This document shows, piece by piece, positions 1 to 9,830 of a DNA stretch of 64,000 nt. Position numbers and translations under genes: made by a program. Where the stretch lies: IMG/VR virus record IMGVR_UViG_3300021963_007714, positions 1-64,000 of that record. The stretch is one strand, 5' to 3'. The stretch's first letter is position 1. The number at the start of each line of letters is the position of its first letter. The stretch comes from a virus. A model generated the notes under the pieces. It searched no databases. It worked only from the letters and a program-made list of their open reading frames with translations, and was not told the DNA's origin.

Positions 1-5
1 ATACT

Positions 6-126
6 CCCACAATGTTCCCACAATGTTCCCACAATGTTCCCACAATGTTCCCACAATGTTCCCACGGTATTCCCTCGATGTTTCCAAGGTATTCACACTA
101 TGTTCCCACGGTATTCCCCAGGTGTC
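6..126. repeat. 11-bp tandem array (CCCACAATGTT x5 perfect, then ~6 degenerate units), possibly cut by the window edge
   Basis: Perfect units at 6-60; variants CCCACGGTATT, CCCTCGATGTT, TCCAAGGTATT, CACACTATGTT, CCCACGGTATT, CCCCAGGTGTC continue in register to 126. Confidence 0.95.
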
Positions 127-285
127 TCAGCGTGATCTCCACCAGCGATCAGTCTCTGTAAAGGTTGGCCCGCAGTCTCTACAACTGTAGTAGCCCGGAT
201 GTGGGTCGTCAGTAAGTTCTTCGATTCCGTAGCCTAGAATAGCCCCAAGGAACAAGCAAAGTAGAATGCCAGGAATTACGTTCAT
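127..285 (-). CDS. Small membrane protein with CxxC (52 aa; not in the ORF track)
   Basis: Hand translation MNVIPGILLCLFLGAILGYGIEELTDDPHPGYYSCRDCGPTFTETDRWWRSR; follows the minus-strand TAAATA at 329-334. Confidence 0.5.
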   Translation of the reverse strand: MNVIPGILLCLFLGAILGYGIEELTDDPHPGYYSCRDCGPTFTETDRWWRSR

Positions 286-294
286 AAATCTCTA

Positions 295-333
295 TAGCGG
301 GGTATTTGCTATATATGCTCTAGCGGGGTATTT
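295..333. repeat. 13-bp direct repeat TAGCGGGGTATTT x2
   Basis: Copies at 295-307 and 321-333; the second overlaps a minus-strand TAAATA. Confidence 0.7.
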
Positions 334-1072
334 ACCATTGACTATGATCCAGTCTAACCTGGATTCTAGTGATCTTTGGTGATATTCTATCTTGGCCAAT
401 CAATCTATAGCGCGATTCTATACGATTGACGCCGTCTCTCATGTTTTCCCACTGTCTATCACTAGCACTGAGATTCAGTCTATGAGTATATAGTGCCTGA
501 TTGCTCACTGAGTCATTTCTCAGTTCTCCATCACTGTCGAATCCCTGACTGGGATGATCTAGTGCTAGGAACACACCTGGTCTTTGAGCCAAAGTCAGTC
601 CCTGATCTTGTAGTCTCAGTCCCAGATCTGTGTCTTCCCATCCCCAGTTTGGGTAGTGATTACTATAGCCGTTCACAGAGAGGAATTGTTGTCTAGGCAT
701 CATCAGTACACTGCCCCAGAAGTTGTCCAGATCGTTGTGATATTCTCTCAAACCTTGTGTGATCAGTCTAGTTGGTTGTGCGCAGGGTGAGTAATCTGCG
801 GAGATAGGCACATAGTCGCAGTCGTGAAAGCAGATCTGATCGCCTGTGGTCAGTGCTGCGCCTATATTGCGAATCAGTCCTCTATTAAATTCATAGTCAC
901 CCATGATAGGCACACGTTCTACAATGGTTATATCATAGTCTAGTTCAGAGTGGTTACTGTCCAGGTATGCGGTCAGTTCACGTAGCAGCACATGTAGTTG
1001 TTGTTGTCTATCCGAGTAGATATCTGTTCGTTGGGGGTCTTGTTCTCCGTAGGGAATAATTATGTCTAGCAT
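332..1072 (-). CDS. Glycosyltransferase family 7 (beta-1,4-galactosyltransferase-like)
   Basis: IIPY, FNRGLIRNIG, FHDCD (DxD) and NGYSNHYPNWGWEDTDL match GT7 motifs. Confidence 0.85.
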   Translation of the reverse strand: MLDIIIPYGEQDPQRTDIYSDRQQQLHVLLRELTAYLDSNHSELDYDITIVERVPIMGDYEFNRGLIRNIGAALTTGDQICFHDCDYVPISADYSPCAQPTRLITQGLREYHNDLDNFWGSVLMMPRQQFLSVNGYSNHYPNWGWEDTDLGLRLQDQGLTLAQRPGVFLALDHPSQGFDSDGELRNDSVSNQALYTHRLNLSASDRQWENMRDGVNRIESRYRLIGQDRISPKITRIQVRLDHSQW

Positions 1073-1079
1073 ACAGTAT

Positions 1080-1589
1080 TTATTCTGGGTCTATGCTGAG
1101 ATTTGCCAGGATCACTGTTTTACTGTCAGCAGATACCAATGCTGTGCTACGATGACTCAGTGTGCTCATCATTATGACCACATCGCCTTCACTAGCTGGT
1201 ATTGATCTGGGGGTAGTGTCAAAAGGTCTACGATATTCTGTTCTAGGAGCTGTAGGGGGTAGATCTAGGTAGTAGATCAGGTTATAGTTATATTCTCCCC
1301 TATGGTCGTGCCAATCGTGGAAGTTATTGGTTTCATATTGTTGATACCATATGGCTATAATATCTATCACGTGCCGGTCAAAATTAAGATTGAGAAAGCG
1401 CATGATTTCTCTATGGAACAGGTCTTTATAGGCAGAATCTAGGCTGTATCTGGGCCAATCTGTGCGATTGATATCATTGTCTCTTGATCTGTAGTCAGTG
1501 GCGTGATCCTCACTGATCATGGTCAGCAGGCGGGGTTTGAGCAGATCATGCTGCGGCCAAGGCTTCAGCCAATACCACGGGTCTGTCAC
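1080..1589 (-). CDS. 2OG-Fe(II) oxygenase-like protein
   Basis: HDWHDH, xIYYL strand, EGDVVI..S.L.H and distal K.V..AN pattern of phage 2OG-Fe(II) DSBH proteins. Confidence 0.65.
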   Translation of the reverse strand: MTDPWYWLKPWPQHDLLKPRLLTMISEDHATDYRSRDNDINRTDWPRYSLDSAYKDLFHREIMRFLNLNFDRHVIDIIAIWYQQYETNNFHDWHDHRGEYNYNLIYYLDLPPTAPRTEYRRPFDTTPRSIPASEGDVVIMMSTLSHRSTALVSADSKTVILANLSIDPE

Positions 1590-2356
1590 TGGTTGACCCG
1601 GATGGTTTTATGCTGGGGATTCAGCTGTAGATTTTCCAGCCAGTGCCAGTGTTCTCCCAATACGGGAGTAAGACCTATGTGACTGCGGGGGATAAAATAC
1701 CTGCTGTCTGCGTCCAATAATCTCATTTGATCTATCACATTGCTGAACACGCTGTCCACACAGATCACACAATGAGCCTGTTCTATGGCTCCAAGCCAAT
1801 CAAACACCGAGTGAGTCAGAGCTGTGATTTCAATCACTGGTATGTCTGGGGGCAGTATGCCAGTGTCAAATTCAGCACGATGATCTGATCCGTCTAGATG
1901 TACCAAGATATAGGGTTGATCCTCATGGTCTAGGTTCTGTCTGATGAGGTCTAAGAGAGGTTGTTCACGATCTGGTCTACGTGTGATACAGGCCGCCAGC
2001 TGCCATTTATGGGCGAAGGGCACGCCAGCTTGTATGTACTTGTATTGATCAAATCCAGTGTGCTGAAACCACACTCGCTCGTGAAAACTCTGACCAGTCA
2101 GGGCCTGATAAAGGCACAGTTCTTGGTCTATACCCAGTTGTTGATAGATTGCTCGGGGCTGTTCCAAGAAGAACGAACCCTGATCTGTGCGCAGTGCATG
2201 CCAAGTGATCCAAGGCACATAGGGTTCAACATGTGGGATAAATTCACTACAGATTGCCCAGTGTATGTCATGCCCTTGTTCTTGATAGAATCGAGCTATG
2301 GGCAGGGCTATGACGATGTCACCCAAGCCTCGACTTTGTATGATGCCTATTTTCAT
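1586..2356 (-). CDS. GT-B glycosyltransferase, GT9 (heptosyltransferase)-like
   Basis: N-terminal RGLGDIVIALP; C-terminal ICVDSVFSN. Confidence 0.7.
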   Translation of the reverse strand: MKIGIIQSRGLGDIVIALPIARFYQEQGHDIHWAICSEFIPHVEPYVPWITWHALRTDQGSFFLEQPRAIYQQLGIDQELCLYQALTGQSFHERVWFQHTGFDQYKYIQAGVPFAHKWQLAACITRRPDREQPLLDLIRQNLDHEDQPYILVHLDGSDHRAEFDTGILPPDIPVIEITALTHSVFDWLGAIEQAHCVICVDSVFSNVIDQMRLLDADSRYFIPRSHIGLTPVLGEHWHWLENLQLNPQHKTIRVNQ

Positions 2357-2419
2357 GATGATCTCAAAGTAATTTAAGCATATTTAAAGACTTTGCCTAG
2401 TCAGGGTCTCAATCATGAA

Positions 2420-2425
2420 TAAATA
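2420..2425 (+). promoter_or_regulatory. Late promoter TAAATA, 7 nt before ATG
   Basis: TAAATA-gctgatc-ATG(2433); same motif recurs across the window. Confidence 0.7.
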
Positions 2426-2432
2426 GCTGATC

Positions 2433-3800
2433 ATGCCAATAACCATTTCATCTGGCACAGTGATCTTGGCCACTGTGACCACAGCCATTGCCTCGACTGC
2501 CACAGACATCATAGGACTAGGCTCAGACGGTTATGGATTAACCACATATACATCGTTTCCCACTCGTGCGGGCAACAGAATCAGTCAAAATCAACTACAG
2601 GGTATATTTCGTGATCTCAACACTATCACACAGCATGTCAGTGGGCAGTTTACTACCACCATAGTGATCACCACTGGTTCACTGATCACTACCAGTACAT
2701 TCAGTGATCTTTGGCGACTCAAAGAGTATGTGAGCATGGCCAGATACACACTACATCCCAGTCAGCGCAGCACCTATACTGGTACTAGTGGCAGTGTGGA
2801 AGACATTTGGCTACAGAATAGCACCAGCACACGCAGTCAACTGTGGCCCACTACGCCTGTGGCCTGGACCACCAGTACGATCACGCACAGAACCAGAGTT
2901 CAATGGGTAACTACCAGTCTGGCTCAGTATTTTTTCAACTCAGGCGGTGATCTAGTGTTCAAGCCCTACTGGACCACAGGTACTGGGGCCATGAGTACCA
3001 GTTCTAGCACATTCAAATTGATTGACAATGCCTGGGCTAGGTTTGTGAATACAGGACAAAGTTTTGTCACAGATTGGACCTATCGTAGGTCTGACTACGT
3101 TAATTATGTTACTACAAGTCGTAGTTGGGGGTCAGCTAGTACACTCAGCGTCACAGTCACAGCAGTTAAGGTAGATGGACGGACTATAGACTTTGCCGTA
3201 GACTATAGTACCTACGTCAGTGGTGGCATATGGTATGATGATGCTGTCACAGTGATCAGCCAGCCCCCTGTGGTCATTGACAACGTGACCAATAGCTTTG
3301 ACAGCAGTGGTGATCCTAACCCCAGTATAGATCTACAAGGGGGTGATGGTATAGGTGATGGTATAGGTGATGGTGCTGGAGGGGGTGGTGGAGCCAAGGT
3401 GATCTGTACTGAATTATACCACCAGGGATTATTGGATAGAGACATATACCTATTGGATCAACAATTTGGTCGTTGGTTGTTGATCAATGATCCTCAAACA
3501 TATTGGGGCTATAGAGCATGGGCAGATATATTGGTTAGGTACATGCGGGGTCAAGGTAGGCCCATCATACCCAAGCTGCTGTTTTGGCAAAGTGAACAGC
3601 AGCAACAGATCCTTAGCCAGCGCCTAGCTCAATGGATAGCCCGAAAGCTGGCTGAGCCCTTTGCCTATGAATTGGCACGTAGGGTAGATGGTCAAACTAG
3701 ACCATTTAGGCTCAGTGGTTATCTAGTGGTCAGCGTGGGCCTACCCATTTGTAGATTGATAGGTCGTTTTGGCCTAAAAGGAAAAAGTCATGTTGTTTAA
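2433..3800 (+). CDS. Thr/Ser-rich putative virion protein with C-terminal poly-Gly-KVICTELY domain
   Basis: Thr-rich beta-type N-terminus, GDGI/Gly linker, then a distinct basic/aromatic helical domain; late promoter. Confidence 0.6.
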   Translation: MPITISSGTVILATVTTAIASTATDIIGLGSDGYGLTTYTSFPTRAGNRISQNQLQGIFRDLNTITQHVSGQFTTTIVITTGSLITTSTFSDLWRLKEYVSMARYTLHPSQRSTYTGTSGSVEDIWLQNSTSTRSQLWPTTPVAWTTSTITHRTRVQWVTTSLAQYFFNSGGDLVFKPYWTTGTGAMSTSSSTFKLIDNAWARFVNTGQSFVTDWTYRRSDYVNYVTTSRSWGSASTLSVTVTAVKVDGRTIDFAVDYSTYVSGGIWYDDAVTVISQPPVVIDNVTNSFDSSGDPNPSIDLQGGDGIGDGIGDGAGGGGGAKVICTELYHQGLLDRDIYLLDQQFGRWLLINDPQTYWGYRAWADILVRYMRGQGRPIIPKLLFWQSEQQQQILSQRLAQWIARKLAEPFAYELARRVDGQTRPFRLSGYLVVSVGLPICRLIGRFGLKGKSHVV

Positions 3801-3963
3801 CACTACACAAGCTGAATTTTATCAAAGGCTAGACAGCCTCACAGAAGAACAAAGAATGACCCTATTCATGGGTATCACCAAAGAAGCAGCAGAAATCATG
3901 GCCTTACTGTTACCCGATGAGCCCATGGTAGCAGAATTGCTAGCATTTAAGCGTATGACCTAA
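3790..3963 (+). CDS. Small hypothetical protein (57 aa; not in the ORF track)
   Basis: MLFNTTQAEFYQRLDSLTEEQRMTLFMGITKEAAEIMALLLPDEPMVAELLAFKRMT; its stop overlaps the next ATG (TAATG); AAGGA upstream. Confidence 0.7.
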   Translation: MLFNTTQAEFYQRLDSLTEEQRMTLFMGITKEAAEIMALLLPDEPMVAELLAFKRMT

Positions 3964-5453
3964 TGACCATACAGTACATAACAACCAGCAGCCTAACCAA
4001 TTATGTCAGCAGCCTAACCATTGGCAGCAGCATAGGCTATAGGATCAGTGGTGGGGGTATATTGGGCCCTAAACCCTATATGCAGACTACATCAACCTTG
4101 GATGGTACCCTAATTAGTTTTTCAACCGTGAATACAGAAACTAGGATATTGGTAGTAACAGAAGCAGATCCACAGGGTCGTTTTGAAGCCTACACAGGAG
4201 TAGAGGGTACACGCAAGGCTATCACTTTGACCAATATAGGTAATAGCACCATGCTGGTAGAAGCGCCTGTGTTCAGCAATCGTTTGACTCAGGCTCACCC
4301 TCGTTATCTACGCCTGATGAGGCCGCCTTGGAACATAGCCTCTGGAACTAGTAGAACTTTTCTATTGAGCTATAGTGGACTAGAAGAGGGCACCTTCAGT
4401 GAAAGCATATTTTTCCCTACTCCTACAGCTACCCTACCTTATTATAGAATGGACACCGAAGTGGTCAGCAGATCGGGCTATACCTATTCCGTTGAGCCAT
4501 ATGGTTGGAATACTACCACATTTAGAATAGGTGAAAACTCACTAGTTGACTATACGATAACACCTAGATATTTTGGAGTAGAGGCTGAAGGTTATGAAGT
4601 CCCTATTAGCACAACACTAGTTGGAGATCCTGCTTGGAGTTATGACTACATAGGATCTAATCGTGTTACAGTGAGATTTAGCAGCAGAGGGTTGACCAAT
4701 AATACAACGACCTATGTCAGCACCTTAACCATAGTTACACCTAATGAAACCTTTACCAGAGTCAATACGGCCACTCATAGTGTCAACCTTGCCCTAAACT
4801 ATAATACCAGCACATGGATCAGTGCTCTGTGTTTACCTGATGTCATTGTAGGAATGCGTATAGATCAAGTACAGACATCATCTACAACCACAGCTACAAC
4901 AAGGTTGTTGACCATAGGAGTAGGCAGCGGAGCTGATGGAGCTCCTACCTATGCCCAAGGTGGTAGTCTATATTTCGATCCTGCTAACCTACAGCCAATG
5001 GAAGGCTCTGCCAAGTTACCATTTGCCTATTGGCAGACAGTGTACCAAATACCATTGGTTGGTACTGCTAGTTTAAAAACCTATCTCAGCGGTGATTATA
5101 AGGTAAAAACACAAGAACCTCAGGCCAGGGATTATGATTACTATTTTGGAGTAGACAGTGATCAGGGCAGCATGTTTACCATACGAGAAGACAGTGAGGG
5201 TTATGTTTCTGTGATCATTAATCAGTTGCGAGAAACCAGTGGTGATGCTACACGAGATCTAACATTAACTAGACTGAGCAAGGTATTCTACTATGCTGTG
5301 CCCAGTTTATATTCATATTATCCCAATGGTTGGTTAGGACAAACCATAGACGAATTTGGACAGCCAGACCCCAATGGAACCAATTGTTGGCTATTTGTGG
5401 GATTTGATAATCGCGGTCAAGTACAGCTCAATTTAGTGCCATTACCTAACTGA
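3963..5453 (+). CDS. Putative virion structural protein with Ig-like (ASH/PapD-type) module
   Basis: ITLTNIGNST...IASGTSRTFLLSY pattern; Thr/Ser-rich. Confidence 0.5.
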   Translation: MTIQYITTSSLTNYVSSLTIGSSIGYRISGGGILGPKPYMQTTSTLDGTLISFSTVNTETRILVVTEADPQGRFEAYTGVEGTRKAITLTNIGNSTMLVEAPVFSNRLTQAHPRYLRLMRPPWNIASGTSRTFLLSYSGLEEGTFSESIFFPTPTATLPYYRMDTEVVSRSGYTYSVEPYGWNTTTFRIGENSLVDYTITPRYFGVEAEGYEVPISTTLVGDPAWSYDYIGSNRVTVRFSSRGLTNNTTTYVSTLTIVTPNETFTRVNTATHSVNLALNYNTSTWISALCLPDVIVGMRIDQVQTSSTTTATTRLLTIGVGSGADGAPTYAQGGSLYFDPANLQPMEGSAKLPFAYWQTVYQIPLVGTASLKTYLSGDYKVKTQEPQARDYDYYFGVDSDQGSMFTIREDSEGYVSVIINQLRETSGDATRDLTLTRLSKVFYYAVPSLYSYYPNGWLGQTIDEFGQPDPNGTNCWLFVGFDNRGQVQLNLVPLPN

Positions 5454-5472
5454 TTTTTGATAATTAGTTGTC

Positions 5473-7260
5473 ATGCTGATAGATAGTATTCCTCAAATTA
5501 CCTATGAACAAGTCGCCAGTATAGAATATCAAGGTGACCATTTACAGTACGACTCTGCTCTAGCTGAACTTGTCACTGAACATGATTATGCTATAGTTAA
5601 AAATCCCAACCTTGCCAATCCAAATTTGGTTTATTTTATAGACAGTATCCCTGATAATCAAAGACAGTGTATAGTATATTATTATAAAGATGAATGGTTA
5701 GCCAAGATCTTCTATCGTGGTTGGACTGCTGATAAAGGTTACAAATCTATTAACATACGAAGTCCACAAGTCGTATGGAGAAAAAACCCAGACCTAGATA
5801 ACTCAATGACATTTATTGACACACCATTTGGCCAATGGGAACCAGAACCATGGGATGTTGAATATACTATGACATGGTATATGGATCCACAGTTTAATCC
5901 CACCTCAGACCGTGTTTGGGTTATGACCTGTGAAGTAATAGGTACTAGCATCAAAGGCATCAAAGATATGGGTTACCTTAGTCCTGAGGTTAACATTGAA
6001 TACAATCCTATGATACCTGCCTTGCTTATTGATCTGGATGGTGCTTTACCTGCCTATTGGGATTTGTCTTATACCTGCGCATACTACCTAGATCCTAGTC
6101 ATTGTGATGCTGATAATGAAAAAGTATGGTTAGTTAAGATTGAGCCTAGTTATAGAAAAACTAAAGATTGGAAATGGTTGGGGATGATCACACCTAGTCC
6201 GGACATTATATATAATCCTACACTTGGCATAGTAAATTATGATATAGACATCGGTCAAACTCATTTTAGCGACTTTGCTTATGAAAATCAATACCTATTA
6301 GACAGAAAGCATCTAGACAACGACCATGATGACATTTGGGCATTTAAAGTATTGTGGTATAGAGAAACACAAGGTCTTAAAGTTATGGGCTATGCCAGCC
6401 CCTTGGTTAATACAGAGGTCAATAGAGATTTGGGCGTTGATCTAGACCTAGATTATGTAATACAGAAAAAAGAATTTGATCGTACATTGGTTTGGTATAT
6501 TGACCCTAAACTGTCTAATATGAATAAAATTTGGGCCCTAAAGAAATGGATAGGGTCAGCAGGACCTGAGCTAGACCAAGGTCTTGTTGATCTAGACATT
6601 GAACAAGAATTTGACGTGGTCTTTATAGACTATGACGAGCCTAATGCTGAAACTAATTGGCAAAGATTACAATCTATAGCGCCTAAGGCATTGAGAGTAA
6701 CTGGCATCAAAGGTATTCTAGAGGCTCACAAGGCAGCAGCTAGAAAATCAACTACAGAAATGTTCTGGGTAGTTGATGCTGATTGTTATCTACAAGATGA
6801 CTGGTCGTTTGATTATATTCCCAGTGTATTTGATAGGGATTGTGTATTTGTTTGGCATAGTCTTAACCCTGTTACCGATCTTCAGTATGGCCATGGCGGT
6901 ATCAAACTCTTACCGAGACAACTGCTAATAGACTTGACAGATTGGGGTACTGATCTCACTCAGAGTATAAGCAAAAAGATAAAAGTTATAGATCGCATCA
7001 GTAATGTTACAGCATTCAATACATCTGAATTTGCCACATGGCGCAGTGCTTTCCGCGAAGTGGCCAAACTCAGTCAAATGAATTCGGCAACAGCACACGA
7101 AAGAATTCAAAGATGGTTGTCACCTAGATCAGATGCTAGGTTTGCTATATGGGCAGAAAAAGGTGCTAGAGATGCATTGAAATGGGTTAAATCAAATCCT
7201 ATTAATCTTATCAACAATTATGATTATCTAGCAGAACATTTTAAGAAAAACTATGAATGA
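5473..7260 (+). CDS. Repeat-containing protein with C-terminal GT-A glycosyltransferase-like domain
   Basis: 4-5 N-terminal ~68-aa repeats; C-terminal DVVFIDYDEP...HKAAA...FWVVDAD (DxD)...YGHGGIKL. Confidence 0.7.
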   Translation: MLIDSIPQITYEQVASIEYQGDHLQYDSALAELVTEHDYAIVKNPNLANPNLVYFIDSIPDNQRQCIVYYYKDEWLAKIFYRGWTADKGYKSINIRSPQVVWRKNPDLDNSMTFIDTPFGQWEPEPWDVEYTMTWYMDPQFNPTSDRVWVMTCEVIGTSIKGIKDMGYLSPEVNIEYNPMIPALLIDLDGALPAYWDLSYTCAYYLDPSHCDADNEKVWLVKIEPSYRKTKDWKWLGMITPSPDIIYNPTLGIVNYDIDIGQTHFSDFAYENQYLLDRKHLDNDHDDIWAFKVLWYRETQGLKVMGYASPLVNTEVNRDLGVDLDLDYVIQKKEFDRTLVWYIDPKLSNMNKIWALKKWIGSAGPELDQGLVDLDIEQEFDVVFIDYDEPNAETNWQRLQSIAPKALRVTGIKGILEAHKAAARKSTTEMFWVVDADCYLQDDWSFDYIPSVFDRDCVFVWHSLNPVTDLQYGHGGIKLLPRQLLIDLTDWGTDLTQSISKKIKVIDRISNVTAFNTSEFATWRSAFREVAKLSQMNSATAHERIQRWLSPRSDARFAIWAEKGARDALKWVKSNPINLINNYDYLAEHFKKNYE

Positions 7261-8572
7261 TCTAGATCAATATAAGAATAATAATAGTTTTTGTGCTGTT
7301 CCCTTTGTCAGCATGATGGTCAATACTGACACCACTATAAGATATTGTTGTATGGTGAAGGGCACAGCCAATAAGATTAGAAAGACAGATGGTACGTTTT
7401 ATCATTGCCAAGACAATTTTATCAAGGACGCATGGAACAGTTCTGATATGAAGACCATTAGACTGAACATGATTCAGGGTAATAAGATTGAAGGTTGTTC
7501 AGTATGCTACCTACAAGAAGAAAGCGGAAGAGTCAGCAACAGACAACATGCCAACAGAGAATGGAGCTACAGATTAGGTGCTGATAAATTAGTTGATCTT
7601 ATTCAGCAAGCAGAGAATAATCAAGGACAATTAGCGGATGATATAGTTTATCTAGACCTACGACTTGGAAATCTTTGTAATCTCAAATGCAGGATGTGTA
7701 ATCCTTGGAACAGCAGTCAAATAGCCAAAGAACATATGGTGTTGAACAATACTGATTCTGCCTACGCTGAAGTTTGGAAAAAGACATTTGGTAAATTTCC
7801 TATATCAGTTTTAGAAAATCAAAGTTGGTTTGAAAGTGATATACTATGGGATCAGGTCATAGCTCTTATACCATCTCTTAAAAAAGTTTATATGACTGGT
7901 GGTGAACCTACATTGATTGAGCATAATCAAACATTCATGCAAAGTTGTATAGATCAAGGTCGAACAGATATTGAACTGTTCTTTAACACTAATTGTACCA
8001 ACATCAATAAAAGATTTTTAGAATTGATCAAGCAATTTAGCACAGTGTCTATAAATGCCAGCGTTGATGGTGTAGGCATTGTAAATGAATATATTAGACC
8101 ACCTAGTAGATGGAGTCAGTTGTCCTCGAATATTGAAAAACTAGCACAAATGCCCAATGTTAAACTGGGTCTTACACCAACTGTACAAGTTTATAACATA
8201 CTCAACCTTGTTGATGTTTTAAGATATGTTGATCAACTCAATGACAAATACCGCAATAATATCTTTGTGGATTTTTTAATAAATGTACATCCATATCATC
8301 TCAGTGCCACAATACTACCTGATCATATTAAATTGCGAGCAAGGCAACAATTAGAAAACTATGTTGATCTGGAGATGTCAAGTCAAACACATGAGTTGAC
8401 AAAAAATAGTATTAGAGGCATCGTCGGTCTTCTTCAAAAGACAGCTCCGGAGGACTGTGAGGAGCAGGTTAGAAGGTTAAGAATTTACACAGAGAGTCTA
8501 GACAGGGAAAGGGCACAGAGTTCTAATGATCTAGGGCCCGAACTAAGAGAATTTTTACATGGAAAAATCTAA
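7253..8572 (+). CDS. Radical SAM protein with N-terminal Twitch/SPASM-like domain
   Basis: FCAVPF...YCC...CSVC; CNLKCRMC; GGEP. Confidence 0.9.
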   Translation: MNDLDQYKNNNSFCAVPFVSMMVNTDTTIRYCCMVKGTANKIRKTDGTFYHCQDNFIKDAWNSSDMKTIRLNMIQGNKIEGCSVCYLQEESGRVSNRQHANREWSYRLGADKLVDLIQQAENNQGQLADDIVYLDLRLGNLCNLKCRMCNPWNSSQIAKEHMVLNNTDSAYAEVWKKTFGKFPISVLENQSWFESDILWDQVIALIPSLKKVYMTGGEPTLIEHNQTFMQSCIDQGRTDIELFFNTNCTNINKRFLELIKQFSTVSINASVDGVGIVNEYIRPPSRWSQLSSNIEKLAQMPNVKLGLTPTVQVYNILNLVDVLRYVDQLNDKYRNNIFVDFLINVHPYHLSATILPDHIKLRARQQLENYVDLEMSSQTHELTKNSIRGIVGLLQKTAPEDCEEQVRRLRIYTESLDRERAQSSNDLGPELREFLHGKI

Positions 8573-9830
8573 GACCTTTTGCATCCTACCGTGGATTCAT
8601 GCTGCGACCTATACAGATGGCAGTGTATTATTGTGTTGCGTAGCCAAAAATTCAGGATCAATCAATCTCAATCATCAGAATTGGCAGCAGGCATGGAACA
8701 GTGATCATTTCAAACAGGCCAGGCTGGCCATGTTAGAAGGGCGTGCGTTTAATGCCTGTGATCATTGTTATAAAGAAGAAGCGGCAGGAATTCGTAGCCA
8801 TAGACAAAATGAAAATAACCTATGGTATAGAGAGTTAGGTAGTGAGTATCTGGACAATCTAGTTCAAGCAACTCGTGCTGATGGTCATGTTGACAATGAT
8901 ATTATTACAATTGATCTCAGATTGGGCAATACCTGTAATCTACAATGTGTTATGTGTAGACCTGTAGATAGCAGTAAATGGGTACGAGATGCTAACATAT
9001 TAGCGAATGAACTTCAAACCGATGCCAAATATGATTGGAAATATAAACTAGAAAATTTTGCCATAGATAATTTTGATTGGTATAAAGACCCAGAGTTTTG
9101 GAATAGCTTTTTTGAATCTGCCAAGGATATTAGGCACATCATTTTAGCAGGTGGCGAACCTCTTTATATTAAAGAGCATAAAGAAATACTTACTCAACTG
9201 GTTAACAAGGGATTCAGTAAAAACATTGAATTAAGATATCATACCAATGGTACAATTTACAATCAGTCCATAGTTGATCTTTGGCAAGAATTTCGCAGAG
9301 TTGAAGTTATGATCAGCTTGGATGGTCATGGAGAAGTTAATTCTTATATTAGATATCCAGCAGATTGGCATCTACTAGAAAAAAATTTAGAACTTTATGA
9401 TTGTACTCCTGATGTTGTAGATCCTAAAATATTGTGTACAGTACAGGCACTAAACATTTATTGGCTTCCAGAATTCGCCGATTGGTTGATAAGCAAGAAT
9501 TTTAAAAAGATAAGCAAGAAACATCACAAAGGATTATTTCATCCAGGCATTCTTCATTGGCCGCAATACCTTAGCATAAAAGTATTTCCGATAGAGATTA
9601 AAAAACAAATCTCACACAAGTTAACTCAGTATTGCCAACAATATCCTAATAACCATCAGATTCAAAAATTTTTAGGTCTTGTTGATTTTATGAATAGTGA
9701 AGATCATAGTCATAAATTTTCAGAAATGATAGAGTATTTAGAAAAATTAGATGATCTACATAATACAGATTATCATACAATTTTAGATTGGATTTCCTAT
9801 GGCATTGATGACAATAAACTTTTTAGATGA
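8559..9830 (+). CDS. Radical SAM protein with N-terminal Twitch/SPASM-like domain (paralog of the previous gene)
   Basis: FCILPW...LCC...CDHC; CNLQCVMC; GGEP. Confidence 0.9.
   Translation: MEKSKTFCILPWIHAATYTDGSVLLCCVAKNSGSINLNHQNWQQAWNSDHFKQARLAMLEGRAFNACDHCYKEEAAGIRSHRQNENNLWYRELGSEYLDNLVQATRADGHVDNDIITIDLRLGNTCNLQCVMCRPVDSSKWVRDANILANELQTDAKYDWKYKLENFAIDNFDWYKDPEFWNSFFESAKDIRHIILAGGEPLYIKEHKEILTQLVNKGFSKNIELRYHTNGTIYNQSIVDLWQEFRRVEVMISLDGHGEVNSYIRYPADWHLLEKNLELYDCTPDVVDPKILCTVQALNIYWLPEFADWLISKNFKKISKKHHKGLFHPGILHWPQYLSIKVFPIEIKKQISHKLTQYCQQYPNNHQIQKFLGLVDFMNSEDHSHKFSEMIEYLEKLDDLHNTDYHTILDWISYGIDDNKLFR

Noticed and set aside
6-126. CRISPR array
   Set aside because: Units are 11 bp and contiguous with no unique spacers; no cas genes in the window.
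3380-3800. Intein/Hint domain after the poly-Gly linker
   Set aside because: Lacks the Hint block B TxxH and terminal HN motifs, and the sequence looks helical.
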